From the IMG/VR virus record IMGVR_UViG_2734482547_000015: 39,242 nt of DNA. One strand, given 5' to 3'. Origin of the DNA: a virus (Duplodnaviria > Heunggongvirae > Uroviricota > Caudoviricetes). This document shows positions 7,946 to 18,321 of the stretch, piece by piece (position 1 is the first letter of the stretch; the number at the start of each line of letters is the position of its first letter). The notes beneath the pieces were generated by a model that saw nothing but the letters and a program-made list of their open reading frames with translations, was not told the DNA's origin and made no database searches. A program made the translations under genes and the position numbers.

Positions 7946-9018
7946 GTGATTTCTCCTACCGTCAGCAGCTCACTGTCTCCCGCCTGAACTGACGTCAGCG
8001 GACTGCGCACTTCAAAATCCTCCAGATTTTTCACCCCTGCCACCGCCCGCCAGAAAGACGACGGCAGAACCAGACCGCCGGGCCGGGATTCGTTATACAA
8101 CAGGTCGGTCAGCGCCTGTTTTACGGCCGCCTGATTCTCCGGTGTTTTCGGGATGATCCTGATGCTGAAGGGCACCGGCTTATTGGTCAGTTTAAACACG
8201 GTCACCGTCGGCCCCAGAGGCTGTCCGACAGGCTGGCCGGTCGCCGGATCATCATGACTGCGGATATAATCCGCCACCCGCTGAACATCACCGTCACCGG
8301 GGAAAATGTCCGGGTTATTATCCTGAACAAACGTTACCCCCACGCTGCCCGCCTGCGGCCATTCCGGGCGGCACCATGCCCGCGTCACGCCCGGCACTTC
8401 ACGCGCCCAGCGTTCAAAATCATACTGCGTGCCGCCGGACGGTGGATTCTGCACCCGGAAAACCAGACGGGAAAGCAGCTCCGGCACGGTTTCCACATCT
8501 GCACCACCGGTGATCCCCGTTCCGGTCACCGTGGCCGTCTGGTTGATCCCCGCCTGCGGTGTGATAAATGTCAGTTTTGTCCCTGCCGGGGCATTCCCCG
8601 CACGACCGGCACTTTCGGCTTCCACACTGACATTCAGCGTACCGGCCTTACCGGTCAGGGAGGTGGTGATACGGTAAACCACGCCATCACTTCGCTGGAG
8701 AAGCACACCTTCCTTGATCCCCGCATCCGTGGTCAGCATCAGCTGAACCGGCCCGTCCCCCCGAGAGGCAGGCTTACGCATGACGCCCCAGAATGCACAG
8801 TGTTTCAGCAGTTCGGCTTCATCGGCTTCGGTCGGGATGATCTGACGCGCAATCCAGGCCAGATGCTCATGCTCCTGAGCAGATAACCCTGCCTGAGCGT
8901 AAGCAATGGCATTCAGGGTGGTTTCATTCACACCCGGCTGCGAGCCGGGCAGGCGCTGGCTGATATCCTGCTGTGTCTGCGTGATTAACTGTGCCAGCGG
9001 TAAAGGCTGATAAGGCAT
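7936..9018 (-). CDS. Baseplate J-like protein (Mu gp47-like)
   Basis: 360-aa ORF, size and position typical of baseplate J family. Confidence 0.8.
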   Translation of the reverse strand: MPYQPLPLAQLITQTQQDISQRLPGSQPGVNETTLNAIAYAQAGLSAQEHEHLAWIARQIIPTEADEAELLKHCAFWGVMRKPASRGDGPVQLMLTTDAGIKEGVLLQRSDGVVYRITTSLTGKAGTLNVSVEAESAGRAGNAPAGTKLTFITPQAGINQTATVTGTGITGGADVETVPELLSRLVFRVQNPPSGGTQYDFERWAREVPGVTRAWCRPEWPQAGSVGVTFVQDNNPDIFPGDGDVQRVADYIRSHDDPATGQPVGQPLGPTVTVFKLTNKPVPFSIRIIPKTPENQAAVKQALTDLLYNESRPGGLVLPSSFWRAVAGVKNLEDFEVRSPLTSVQAGDSELLTVGEITWL

Positions 9019-9455
9019 TACTCCCCCTTAAGATCAGCATAAAAAATCATGGGCCTCACTGAACCATCAGGCAGGGTTATGCGCACCGAAAGCGCCAGCC
9101 GCGCGTGTCCCACACGTTCTGCATGACAGACCACGGATGACGCCACGCCATCCTGACTGAGCCAGCCCAGCGCCTCATCCGCGTAAGCACGGGCACGGCT
9201 TATCACCGAGGCCAGCGTTTTTTCCCGGCGGAGAAGCCACAGACGGGAGCCAATGGGACGCGGGCGAAAACTGTCTCCCCACCATCCCCGGCGGTCACGC
9301 GTACCGTCAGGGATTTCATCCGATGCCAGCGCCCGGCGGTCAGTAAACAGCGAAATCAGAACGGCCGTCAGCAGACTGTCATCCGTCAGCAGGTCGGCAC
9401 CGTTCAGTTGCAGCGAACCGCACCCCTGATCCCATACAATTGCAATATCAGCCAT
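9018..9455 (-). CDS. Baseplate protein (Mu gp46-like), start at internal ATG overlapping upstream stop by 8 nt
   Basis: MADIAIVWDQ... ; conserved position after spike gene. Confidence 0.65.
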   Translation of the reverse strand: MADIAIVWDQGCGSLQLNGADLLTDDSLLTAVLISLFTDRRALASDEIPDGTRDRRGWWGDSFRPRPIGSRLWLLRREKTLASVISRARAYADEALGWLSQDGVASSVVCHAERVGHARLALSVRITLPDGSVRPMIFYADLKGE

Positions 9456-10062
9456 TCTCCGGCGCTCCTGTCTTACTGCCTTTGCCGTTATCCTGATGCA
9501 CATGGCCGGAATAGGTGATCCCGGCAATAACGGCATCAGACATCGTGAACAGCCCGTCTGATTTACCTGTACCATCAAGCACGAAATTACCCTTAACATG
9601 CAGGTTTTTATCCACCGTCACATTGCCCGTAAAGGTGGCCTCCGGCGTATCCACCCGCATCCCCTCATCGGCGTAAATCTCCAGCATTTTGCATGTCACA
9701 ATAATGCGACCATCCTTTGTTAACCGTATCCGGTGCCCCTCATGGTGATACACCCCCGTATCTCCGGCTGTGAGTCCGGTCGGGCGGCTGCGCCGGTCTT
9801 CCACCACAAGCACCACAGTCTGATCCCGCTGTCCGCCCAGACAGGCAAAAAAGGTTTCCGCACCCGGCAGGGGAACGCTGATCTGCCCGTACTGCTGGGG
9901 ACGCTCCACATCATCAAAGGTTTCGCCGTCCATGCCGGTGAGCTGCACATTCTGCATTTTCAGTTCGTCATGTGTGCCGGTCAGAACGCCCCGGCCAAAC
10001 AACAGGCGAATACCGCGCGTTACCGGGGCAATCAGGCGGCTGAACACTTCATCATTCATCAA
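9448..10062 (-). CDS. Baseplate assembly/spike protein V-like (Mu gp45-like)
   Basis: 204-aa ORF with beta-rich C-terminus; conserved position. Confidence 0.75.
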   Translation of the reverse strand: MMNDEVFSRLIAPVTRGIRLLFGRGVLTGTHDELKMQNVQLTGMDGETFDDVERPQQYGQISVPLPGAETFFACLGGQRDQTVVLVVEDRRSRPTGLTAGDTGVYHHEGHRIRLTKDGRIIVTCKMLEIYADEGMRVDTPEATFTGNVTVDKNLHVKGNFVLDGTGKSDGLFTMSDAVIAGITYSGHVHQDNGKGSKTGAPENG

Positions 10063-11176
10063 AGCTGATCCCCTGTTTTTTCATCTGCTGGCGAATAAAG
10101 GCATCAACATCGTCACCGGAACCACCCCGGCCCTTACTGTCCGGCTCTGCCGGAACGATAAAGCCGTCACGCGGTGCCAGTACCAGCCGGGTGACTTCCC
10201 CGTTATGTTCATCAAGTAAAAACTCCACCTGACAGACCAGCAGTTCAGTCTGTTCTATACCGAAACGCAGGGCTGAAACACCGGTCAGCAGATTGACATC
10301 CCATAACCGGCCATCATCCCGGAACCAGCCACGCACGGTGGCAGAAAACCGTTCTGAACGGGCAATCGCACGGCGCATTTCACGCAGGGCACGCTGCCGT
10401 GCACCGGTGGTGTCTGTCTGTTGATCGGCGAGGATGATTTTCGGCCGGTAGCGGCCGATCTGCTCATCACTGATGACGCCCACAGGTGCTGCCAGACGGG
10501 CGGCGGATTCGCTGTCTCCCCGTTTGCCACCACCGCGCCCGTGTCCCCGGACACGGTATTCGCTGTATCGTCCTCGCCAGTCCGTGTTGTAATCGGCATC
10601 AAGCAGGTTATCTCCCAGCACCAGTCTGTCCGTCTGCTGGCTTCCTGCCTGGGTGAACACCAGATCGCCGTCAGCATTACTGGTCACCAGCACCCCGCGA
10701 TGCCGGGCAGCACGGGTCAGCGCATCCGCCACGGTTTCTGAGTTTTCCAGCGTAAAAGAGCTGAAGGGGCGTGCAGCCGTGTCGTCGTTAACCTGCCAGC
10801 GCACGGCTATCCCGAAGGGCGCACATAAATCTGCGGCAATCTGTGCCAGCGTCCGGTTGCGCCACTGGCTGCCGGGATGGATGGCGGCACAGTCCACCAG
10901 GTCGCCGGTTTTATCCCGACCGCTGATGCTGATCTGATGACGGGTTGCACTGATCCGCTGACTGACCTGATCCAGCCAGCCACTGATGACCGTCTGCCCG
11001 TTAATTCTGAGCGTCAGGGACTGACCGGTTCGCAGGGCTGAGGGGATGCGCTCACCGGGCAGCATCAGCCCCAGTTCAAACGACCCGGCCAGATGCTCCA
11101 GCGAGCGACGGACGCTGACCGTCAGCCAGCCGGAAAAAATACTGCCACCGATATACAGTTCAATCCTGCTGCTCAC
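10052..11176 (-). CDS. Tail protein P (baseplate hub, late-control-D-like)
   Basis: 374-aa ORF following N gene as in Mu. Confidence 0.8.
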   Translation of the reverse strand: MSSRIELYIGGSIFSGWLTVSVRRSLEHLAGSFELGLMLPGERIPSALRTGQSLTLRINGQTVISGWLDQVSQRISATRHQISISGRDKTGDLVDCAAIHPGSQWRNRTLAQIAADLCAPFGIAVRWQVNDDTAARPFSSFTLENSETVADALTRAARHRGVLVTSNADGDLVFTQAGSQQTDRLVLGDNLLDADYNTDWRGRYSEYRVRGHGRGGGKRGDSESAARLAAPVGVISDEQIGRYRPKIILADQQTDTTGARQRALREMRRAIARSERFSATVRGWFRDDGRLWDVNLLTGVSALRFGIEQTELLVCQVEFLLDEHNGEVTRLVLAPRDGFIVPAEPDSKGRGGSGDDVDAFIRQQMKKQGISFDE

Positions 11177-12518
11177 TGATCACCTCCACGCTGCGGCCAC
11201 CCGGAACAAAAACCGGATCGGGGATATTGTTTCTGCGGACAAAATACTGCCAGCGACTGCTGTTGCCGGTGGCACGGTACAGCGTGACCAGTGCCGGTTC
11301 GGTGGTGCGAACCATGACCTGAAAAGCACCGGGAAGATGCACGCTCCGTGTGGTTAAATCTTCTGTCAGCGCAAGCCCTGCATCACGTAATGCAAGGGCA
11401 GTCCCGGTATAGCCCTGTGCGGACAGATCCAGCACCTGTTGTTCCATGGCATCGCTCAAATCCCGGTTGATACGCTGCACATCAGCAGAACTTTCCAGCC
11501 AGGCCAGTCCGCCCGAACGGTCAGTATCCTGAACGTGCGTCGTATTCTGCCGGATGACCTGATCCAGCAGTTTTCCGAGCGTCTGTGCCTGCGACACCAG
11601 GGTTGCACTCTGCATCACGCTCCGCAGCAGACGGATATTTTTCTGTGCCGCAGGCGTCAGGCCAATCAGGCGCTGTGGATCATCCTGTTCGCTGAGGGTG
11701 TAACGCAGGGAGGAAAGTGTGCGGTACAGCTGCGGCATGGCCTGCTCTGCCATGCTGTCACGGTTTGTGGTCAGGCTGCCGGACGGCGTTCCGGCTTTTC
11801 CGGTCAGAGACAGGGAAGGATCGCCGGGCAGCCCGGTCAGCACGGCAAACATTCCGGCCAGCGATTCAGCCATGCGACGGGGCGCATTAATCAGGGCGGC
11901 GGCATTGCCTTTCAGGGCAGTAAAACTGGCCGTAAAGGCACTGATATCCTGCACAATCCCCATCCCCGAAACGGCATTCTCCAGTGCATCAATCTTATCG
12001 CTGATGGTGTCGGTCATGGCCTGTACATCATGCAGACCGTCTGAAATCACCGTCCAGCCGTCTGAAAGCGTGTTAAACAGCTGATTCATTGCTGAGCCGC
12101 TTTTCTGCTCCAGCGCAGCTGCCGTATCTTCTGCCACCGCAGGGGCGGTATCGTCACTGGCGGGGATCACGTTGATCGTGAACTCAACCGTTCCCTGCTC
12201 GCTGGCGTTATAACGGCTTTCAAAGCTGTTTATCAGCACGTTTAACGTGCCGTAATCCGGGTGCATCAGTTCACCGGCACCGGGTGCACGCAGCGCATCA
12301 CGCAGGCGGCTTCGCTGTGTCTGAAGATCGTCTCCGGTAACCAGAACCGTGAATGTGAACTCCGGGAGTTTTGGCCCCAGATCATCCGCACCGCCGCTTT
12401 CACGCAGTGGGTATTCACGGCGCACAATGTTACGTCCGCCCCGTTCCCGCTGCTCCTGATAAACCAGGAACGGTACGCCACGAAAGGAGCCACGCCCCGG
12501 CGTGTCAGTAGAGGCCAT
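11160..12518 (-). CDS. DNA circularisation protein N-like tail protein
   Basis: 452-aa ORF downstream of tape measure, Mu N position. Confidence 0.8.
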   Translation of the reverse strand: MASTDTPGRGSFRGVPFLVYQEQRERGGRNIVRREYPLRESGGADDLGPKLPEFTFTVLVTGDDLQTQRSRLRDALRAPGAGELMHPDYGTLNVLINSFESRYNASEQGTVEFTINVIPASDDTAPAVAEDTAAALEQKSGSAMNQLFNTLSDGWTVISDGLHDVQAMTDTISDKIDALENAVSGMGIVQDISAFTASFTALKGNAAALINAPRRMAESLAGMFAVLTGLPGDPSLSLTGKAGTPSGSLTTNRDSMAEQAMPQLYRTLSSLRYTLSEQDDPQRLIGLTPAAQKNIRLLRSVMQSATLVSQAQTLGKLLDQVIRQNTTHVQDTDRSGGLAWLESSADVQRINRDLSDAMEQQVLDLSAQGYTGTALALRDAGLALTEDLTTRSVHLPGAFQVMVRTTEPALVTLYRATGNSSRWQYFVRRNNIPDPVFVPGGRSVEVISEQQD

Positions 12519-14562
12519 AGTTCCCTCCGTTCCAGACGTTCACATCCAGGCCATGCTGTGCGGTATCATCCACATCAATACTGCGCGCCCGCCAGCCTTC
12601 AGGGGCCACAAGCTCCACCCGTGCGGCGGTTTTCGCGGTGGCCTGTCCGCCGTTTTCGTCACTGCCGCCACGCAGTTTCTGCCAGGCCTGCGTCAGCCAG
12701 CCCCCCAGATAATCACCGAGATAGCTGCCCACCGTGGAACCAATGGCAACCCCGACCGGACCAGCAGCCGCCCCCAGCGCGCCACCGGCGATACTTCCGG
12801 CAAGGGAACCCACGGCACCGGCTTTATCGGCTGCACTGGCGCTGCTGTCCAGCAGTACAGGAGCCGCCATGGCACCGGCCCACAGGGCACCACCACCCAG
12901 CCGACCGGCACCACGGAACAGCCCGGCAAAACGCCCCAGCCCCATGCGGTTTCCGGCCGCCGTTAGCAGACCACCGGCACGGCTCATCATACGACCGAAG
13001 AAGCCCTGTTTACCGGCACTCTCCGCCAGTTGCTCACCGGCAGTCACGACGGTCGTGACACCCCGTCCACGTCCGGGGCCGCGTTTTTTACGGCCGCGCA
13101 CGGTTTTGCCGTCACCGCTGACCACCACATCCCCGCCACCTGAGGCCAGGCCACCCGCAGGCCAGTTGGTGACCAGCACGGGCTGAACGGCAGCCGGATT
13201 TACCCCGGTAAGGAAATTCAGGAACCGGCCAGCGCGTCCGGGCTGCGTTCCCGGTACAGTGGTCTGCGGTTTGCGGAAGGGCGACGTCAGCACGGAGGTC
13301 ATCGCCATGCCATAGCGTAAGGGGGTTGCGCCGAGACGTAATGCCCCCGTCCCCGCAAACCTGAGCACCTTCAGCGCACGGGAGGCGAGATACATATACA
13401 TCAGGTACTTTGCGGCGGTCTGCGCACCCTGACCAATGCGATCCAGCGCATCGCCATAACCGGCGTCGCGCAGTGCCTGAAGCGTTTCCCTGACTTTCTG
13501 AATGACCCGGTAAAAGCCGGTCGCAGCGTCTCTGGCATACTCAAATCCCTGATTCAGAGCTGAGGCCGTCTGTGTGGCCAGCTTATCCTGTAAGCCGCTT
13601 TTCTGTGCCGCATCGGCATAATCCAGGAAGCCTTTCAGGCTCTTTTTCAGGCTGTCAAACGGTCCCTTTGCCATCACCTCGCGGGCAAATCCGTCCCAGA
13701 CGTCGCCCATCATGGACGTCATTCCCGTCCAGGAATTCATGGCGTTTTTCTGGGCACCTTTTGCCTGTTCGGCCATCACCTGAAATAACAGGCGAATGCT
13801 GTCCGGCCCCAGTTTTCCTTTTTCGCCTTTCTCACGGATGATCTTCTGGTTTACGCCCAGCTTATCGGCCAGTAACTGGTAAACGTTAATCCCGTATCCG
13901 GTCAGAATATTGGCGTCCGCTGCCTGGATACTCTGGCGGGCAAACATCTGTTTGAGTTGCAGGGACGCACCCTGTGCATCTGACAGTGACCAGCCGTGAT
14001 AGCCGCCCTGATCCTGAAGCATGGTAATAAAGCGACGGGCTTCCCTGTCACTCATGCCAAACCCGCGACTGGAGGCGTATTCCTGCATAACCCCCGCCAG
14101 CCCCCAGGTGGTGTCTTTGGCGTTCTGTACTGCCCAGGCTTTCACTGCTTCCGTTTTTGCCGTATCGCCATGATTAATGGCGTTGAGACGCAGAATATAG
14201 TTCTCCATCTCTGCGGCCGGGCGGATAAAGGCTTTATTAAAACCGTAGACCGCAGCCCCTCCCGCCAGCATCCCGTAAAGGTTGCTTATCCGCCCGATGG
14301 TGCCGGTAATGCTGCCCTGCAGGCGGTCAAAATCTGACGTTACCGTGCGGATGCTGCCACGAACACCGGCAAGCGTTCGCTGCATACGGGAGCCGACAAG
14401 TTCTGTTTCCTGACCGGCCCGGCGGGCTGCATTTCCAAGACCACCCAGGCCTGTCCTGCCGGAACGGGAGAACGCCCCCAGCTCCTGTGACCACTGGCGG
14501 GATTTGGCGGAAATATTGCCGAGTAAATCGACAATCAGGGAGGCTTTCAGGTTTTTTGCCAT
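12505..14562 (-). CDS. Tail tape measure protein (685 aa)
   Basis: Large Gly/Ala-rich ORF following tail chaperone genes. Confidence 0.85.
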   Translation of the reverse strand: MAKNLKASLIVDLLGNISAKSRQWSQELGAFSRSGRTGLGGLGNAARRAGQETELVGSRMQRTLAGVRGSIRTVTSDFDRLQGSITGTIGRISNLYGMLAGGAAVYGFNKAFIRPAAEMENYILRLNAINHGDTAKTEAVKAWAVQNAKDTTWGLAGVMQEYASSRGFGMSDREARRFITMLQDQGGYHGWSLSDAQGASLQLKQMFARQSIQAADANILTGYGINVYQLLADKLGVNQKIIREKGEKGKLGPDSIRLLFQVMAEQAKGAQKNAMNSWTGMTSMMGDVWDGFAREVMAKGPFDSLKKSLKGFLDYADAAQKSGLQDKLATQTASALNQGFEYARDAATGFYRVIQKVRETLQALRDAGYGDALDRIGQGAQTAAKYLMYMYLASRALKVLRFAGTGALRLGATPLRYGMAMTSVLTSPFRKPQTTVPGTQPGRAGRFLNFLTGVNPAAVQPVLVTNWPAGGLASGGGDVVVSGDGKTVRGRKKRGPGRGRGVTTVVTAGEQLAESAGKQGFFGRMMSRAGGLLTAAGNRMGLGRFAGLFRGAGRLGGGALWAGAMAAPVLLDSSASAADKAGAVGSLAGSIAGGALGAAAGPVGVAIGSTVGSYLGDYLGGWLTQAWQKLRGGSDENGGQATAKTAARVELVAPEGWRARSIDVDDTAQHGLDVNVWNGGNYGLY

Positions 14563-14565
14563 GGG

Positions 14566-14760
14566 TTACTGCTTCGTTCTGAGAATTTTTTCGGTCTGTC
14601 GGCAGTGCCGGTAAAGCTGCGATAAAGGGAGGTTAAGCGCCCACTCCGGGCCGCTTTTTGTCACCATCCCCAGCACAATTGCGGCTTCTTCAATCTGATC
14701 CCGGCACTGCATCTGGTCGCCCCCGTTCAGCGACCAGCTTTCCTGCCATCGCGGAATCAA
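14566..14760 (-). other. Overlapping out-of-frame ORF at 3' end of tail assembly chaperone; candidate programmed-frameshift extension
   Basis: Overlaps 14690..15169 by ~70 nt in the +1 (equivalently -2) frame, begins with TTG, ends 4 nt before tape measure start. Confidence 0.4.
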
Positions 14761-15169
14761 GCAGGCTTACCGCCGCCATCAGACGGGAGAGATCGCGCTC
14801 GCTGAGCTGTCCGATCTGACGCGGAGACAATGGCCCCTCAATCTGGCCAACAGCGGCAATCTGACGGCGCAGCAGTGCAATGCCGCGCAGTGCCGGCGAG
14901 GCTATCAGAACCGGGCCGCCATTTCGGGTTTCCATAAGACGCTCGGCCTCGGTTTCCGCGTCAATGCTGTCTTTCGCCGTCAGTTCGCGGAAGGTGACGC
15001 GGTATTCACGGGATTCCCCGAACGGCAGACCGTCGAGCAGATCCACATAGCCGTTCGCCAGCTGTTCAGCCAGCCCGGCGGTGCGGGGATCGCCGTCTTC
15101 AAGTGCATCCCGGATAGCCTCCATCACGGCCTCGTCAGAAACCGCCGTTTTTTTCTTACGTGTGGTCAT
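14690..15169 (-). CDS. Tail assembly chaperone (159 aa)
   Basis: Position between tail tube and tape measure; AGGAA Shine-Dalgarno. Confidence 0.7.
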   Translation of the reverse strand: MTTRKKKTAVSDEAVMEAIRDALEDGDPRTAGLAEQLANGYVDLLDGLPFGESREYRVTFRELTAKDSIDAETEAERLMETRNGGPVLIASPALRGIALLRRQIAAVGQIEGPLSPRQIGQLSERDLSRLMAAVSLLDSAMAGKLVAERGRPDAVPGSD

Positions 15170-15183
15170 TGCATTTTTCCTGA

Positions 15184-15549
15184 TTACTGGACACGGGTAC
15201 TGGTGGCGCTGGCGAACTTCGCGGAGATATCACCGCCACCGTCAAGCGAGGCCGGTTCACTGCTCCAGGCCTTCGTCATCATGTGGACTTCACCGGTATC
15301 GGCCACGAACTCAATCGTGACCGCAGTCCAGGTGTTGATTTCATCGGCAGCCGGTGAACCTTCTCCGCCAGCCGGAAATTTACAGTCCAGCGTCGCCTCA
15401 CGGGGTTTCTCGCGATAGCCGTAGACTTTCGCGCCTTTCACCACTTCACGCTCAAAGCCGGACGGGGAGAACGTGGCTCCCTCAAGGGTGGCGTACTCCT
15501 GTCCGTTCACACGGATGGTGGCCGTGCCCTGATACTGTTTTCCGCTCAT
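15184..15549 (-). CDS. Tail tube protein (121 aa)
   Basis: Immediately downstream of sheath gene. Confidence 0.8.
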   Translation of the reverse strand: MSGKQYQGTATIRVNGQEYATLEGATFSPSGFEREVVKGAKVYGYREKPREATLDCKFPAGGEGSPAADEINTWTAVTIEFVADTGEVHMMTKAWSSEPASLDGGGDISAKFASATSTRVQ

Positions 15550-15557
15550 GCCTTACC

Positions 15558-17060
15558 TCACAAAATGAAACGGATCTGCGCGGCCATGAAGCGGAACTGG
15601 TTAACCAGATCCGGTGTACACATCACATCCAGACGGTTACGGTCTTTTGTGTTGCGCTCCACGAGCAGATTCTTTTTAAAGGTGTCCAGATTTTCGACCA
15701 GCCCGAGTTCCACCCATTCTTCCCCCAGTGCAATCAGCTGGAGCGTCATAATCTCCGGCGTCACGATATTCTGACCGGGCCGGACGGGAGTACCGTTATC
15801 GGCCAGTTTGTGGCGCGGGAAACGCTGCGTGATAAAGGTGCGCAGGGAATAACGCAGATATGACAGGGTGTAGATGGTTTCTACATCCAGATAGCTGGGA
15901 TCGCTTTCGCCGTATGCATTCTGACGGTACATCGTCACCTGACGTTCAATCTGCACCACATCAGCGGCCGCAACGGTCACCGTGGACATGCCGGTATAAA
16001 GCAGGCTGTTTCGCTCTTCCCGCGTCAGACGATCCGGTGCTTCAGGTGCCATACGGGCAGGCAGCGCCAGTGTCTGTAATGGTCGGGCCGGATCCGTTGA
16101 CAGGGAGGGCGCACAGACCGCACAAATGGAGGCAGCCCAGACATAATCCGGCTCTGGTGCTTTAGGAATAGAAGTGCAGGTAAACAGGAAGTCATTACGG
16201 GATTCACCAAAACTGGTTGCCGTACCGAAGGTGCCGGTATGCGCCATCCAGACCATACCGTCCGACATTTTTACCGGTCCCCAGCGTTTCAGCAGTTCAT
16301 CCGCCAGAATTTTGAGATTTGCCGCATCCTTATAGGGCATGACGATGTAGTTGTACTGACGATTCCCCATCCCTGAGACGCTACGGGTGATATCGGGGTT
16401 TGTTGCCTTCTGTGTTGGCGCGACGAGCTCCAGCGTAAGACCGGCCGGTGTAGTTTCACCGTCATAATAGTTCACCCGTAAATCATGAGCTGAGCATTCA
16501 CCGATAAAGCGGGCGTTAACCCCCATGCTGCCTTTAAGTCCTTCAGCATTATCACCACTGACTTCAGCTGCGATAGCAGTGAATGGCGCATCAGTGTCAG
16601 CGTTAATGACCTTAGCCAGCTCTTCCACAAGCTCTTTACCTTTTTTCCCCTTACTGACGGGCAGGAGGTAACGGCGACCGCCGATGTAAACACTTAACAC
16701 CCCGTCTGCCAATGCTGTTCCAATGATATTCATCACGCATGCCCTGGACTGACCTGTTCCAGCCCCCTGTGCAATGGCATATAACTCTGTGTCAGGGTTA
16801 ATGGCGATAAATTCCTCTACCATCAGTGCAATCATGGAACCTCGCCCCCAGAGTTCTCTTGCTTGTGAAGCTCGGGTAATACGTACTGGTACATCAAGCT
16901 GACCGCGCCCCTGAATGGTGGTGTCTTTCATTGCAGCCTGACCAAACAACAGTACCGCCTGACGCTGTGGTGGAGTGCCGGTCACGGCCATTGAATTATT
17001 GATTTCAATCTGTACCAGCGGAATGCGATTGTTATCGCCGATATAATCAAAGTTAATCAT
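15558..17060 (-). CDS. Contractile tail sheath protein (500 aa)
   Basis: Size and position typical of myovirus sheath (Mu L-like). Confidence 0.9.
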   Translation of the reverse strand: MINFDYIGDNNRIPLVQIEINNSMAVTGTPPQRQAVLLFGQAAMKDTTIQGRGQLDVPVRITRASQARELWGRGSMIALMVEEFIAINPDTELYAIAQGAGTGQSRACVMNIIGTALADGVLSVYIGGRRYLLPVSKGKKGKELVEELAKVINADTDAPFTAIAAEVSGDNAEGLKGSMGVNARFIGECSAHDLRVNYYDGETTPAGLTLELVAPTQKATNPDITRSVSGMGNRQYNYIVMPYKDAANLKILADELLKRWGPVKMSDGMVWMAHTGTFGTATSFGESRNDFLFTCTSIPKAPEPDYVWAASICAVCAPSLSTDPARPLQTLALPARMAPEAPDRLTREERNSLLYTGMSTVTVAAADVVQIERQVTMYRQNAYGESDPSYLDVETIYTLSYLRYSLRTFITQRFPRHKLADNGTPVRPGQNIVTPEIMTLQLIALGEEWVELGLVENLDTFKKNLLVERNTKDRNRLDVMCTPDLVNQFRFMAAQIRFIL

Positions 17061-17338
17061 CAGGACGTCCCCTTATCTGATGCTGCGGTTTTTTCAGCCA
17101 CCGCCGCAGTTTTTTCTGCTGCCGCTCCCGCTGGTTTTGCCGCCGCGCCGGTATTACCTGTTGTGGCAGCCGGGGCAGGCTCCTCCGTTTTATCCACCAC
17201 AATGACGTCACCATCATTAAGACGGCGGCACCAGAACGGAGTGAAGGGTTTCTCTTCACCGTCCTGTGAGAGCGGAGTCATCGTGTCGGGATCGCGAATC
17301 AGGCATCCCGGCGCAGGTTTAATAAAAATGGTTGTCAT
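17060..17338 (-). CDS. Mu gp38-like small protein with Ala/Thr/Lys-rich C-terminus
   Basis: 92-aa ORF, conserved position before sheath. Confidence 0.55.
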   Translation of the reverse strand: MTTIFIKPAPGCLIRDPDTMTPLSQDGEEKPFTPFWCRRLNDGDVIVVDKTEEPAPAATTGNTGAAAKPAGAAAEKTAAVAEKTAASDKGTS

Positions 17339-17341
17339 CTG

Positions 17342-17905
17342 TTATTCCTCTGACGGTCCGGCGTTTTCACCGGCGGCAGTTGCACCAGGCAGACGGATGT
17401 GTGCCTTAAACTCCGGCGTGCCTTCCGGTTCGGTAAAGGTTTCGTAATGGCGCAGGAAATCATCCAGCGAGCTGATATCCGTCAGCGGGTCGATCATTTC
17501 CTCGCATGAGAAATACAGGGCGTACATCACGGCACCGCTGCCTGCCTGCGTTTCGGTGTAACCGTTGACCGCCTTTTCAAAGTAAAGCGGTGAGGTTTTT
17601 TCTGCTCTGAAGCCGTCCAGCAAGGTAATCAGGCGGGCCACAATCTGATAAAGCCCGGGACGGCTGACCTCACGGCCATTGAGCATGTCGCCGATGACGT
17701 AGAACACCCAGTGACTGACCAGACGCCCACGGGTACGCCCTTCACCGGCACCCAGCCAGGCAACATAGATAGCCGGGGCGTTAATCAGCATGGTACGCAG
17801 TACGCTGTCGCTCCAGTCGCCGGGATGTGTGTCAACAGACACCAGTTCATTCCCGAAATACTCACGGATACGGGCGATGTACGCTTGCTCGGTTTCCGTA
17901 ATCAT
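17342..17905 (-). CDS. Mu gp37-like head-tail joining/tail completion protein
   Basis: 187-aa ORF, conserved position. Confidence 0.65.
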   Translation of the reverse strand: MITETEQAYIARIREYFGNELVSVDTHPGDWSDSVLRTMLINAPAIYVAWLGAGEGRTRGRLVSHWVFYVIGDMLNGREVSRPGLYQIVARLITLLDGFRAEKTSPLYFEKAVNGYTETQAGSGAVMYALYFSCEEMIDPLTDISSLDDFLRHYETFTEPEGTPEFKAHIRLPGATAAGENAGPSEE

Positions 17906-18321
17906 ATAAAGCCCTTCTGGTTGCGCCCGAACACCGCCGCATCAGACTGCACCTGCGGTAAATCCCCGGATTCAGGGGCCGCACCGTCTGTATCCACGCC
18001 GACCGGCACGTTACCGTTCATGACATCTTTCAGCCAGGCCAGCGCCTCACGGTAACGGTCACGCGCCTGATCGGATGCCCGCTGATCGCACAGGTAATAA
18101 AAGGCAATCGTGCAGCAATGCTGAACAAGGACCGCCGGAACCACCGCCAGCGGCAGCGTGTAACGGGCAGACAGGTAACTGTCGATAAGGGCAGACGCGT
18201 CCGTCAGTGCCCGGTTCAGCTTGCGTGTGTCCGGCTCATCCGAACGGGGCACGGCCAGTAATGGCCTGAGCAAATCCTCGCGGTAACGTGCCCGCATATC
18301 GGTTTCGGTGGCGTAATTCAT
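17902..18321 (-). CDS. Mu gp36-like head completion protein
   Basis: 139-aa ORF, conserved position. Confidence 0.65.
   Translation of the reverse strand: MNYATETDMRARYREDLLRPLLAVPRSDEPDTRKLNRALTDASALIDSYLSARYTLPLAVVPAVLVQHCCTIAFYYLCDQRASDQARDRYREALAWLKDVMNGNVPVGVDTDGAAPESGDLPQVQSDAAVFGRNQKGFI

Noticed and set aside
8254-8886. 210-aa plus-strand ORF and other plus-strand ORFs across the baseplate genes
   Set aside because: Antisense to tightly packed, syntenic tail genes; Arg/Pro/Gly-rich composition typical of spurious frames.
12261-13186. 265-aa and 150-aa plus-strand ORFs rich in Pro/Ala/Arg
   Set aside because: Antisense to the tape measure gene in a GC-rich stretch; low-complexity translation.
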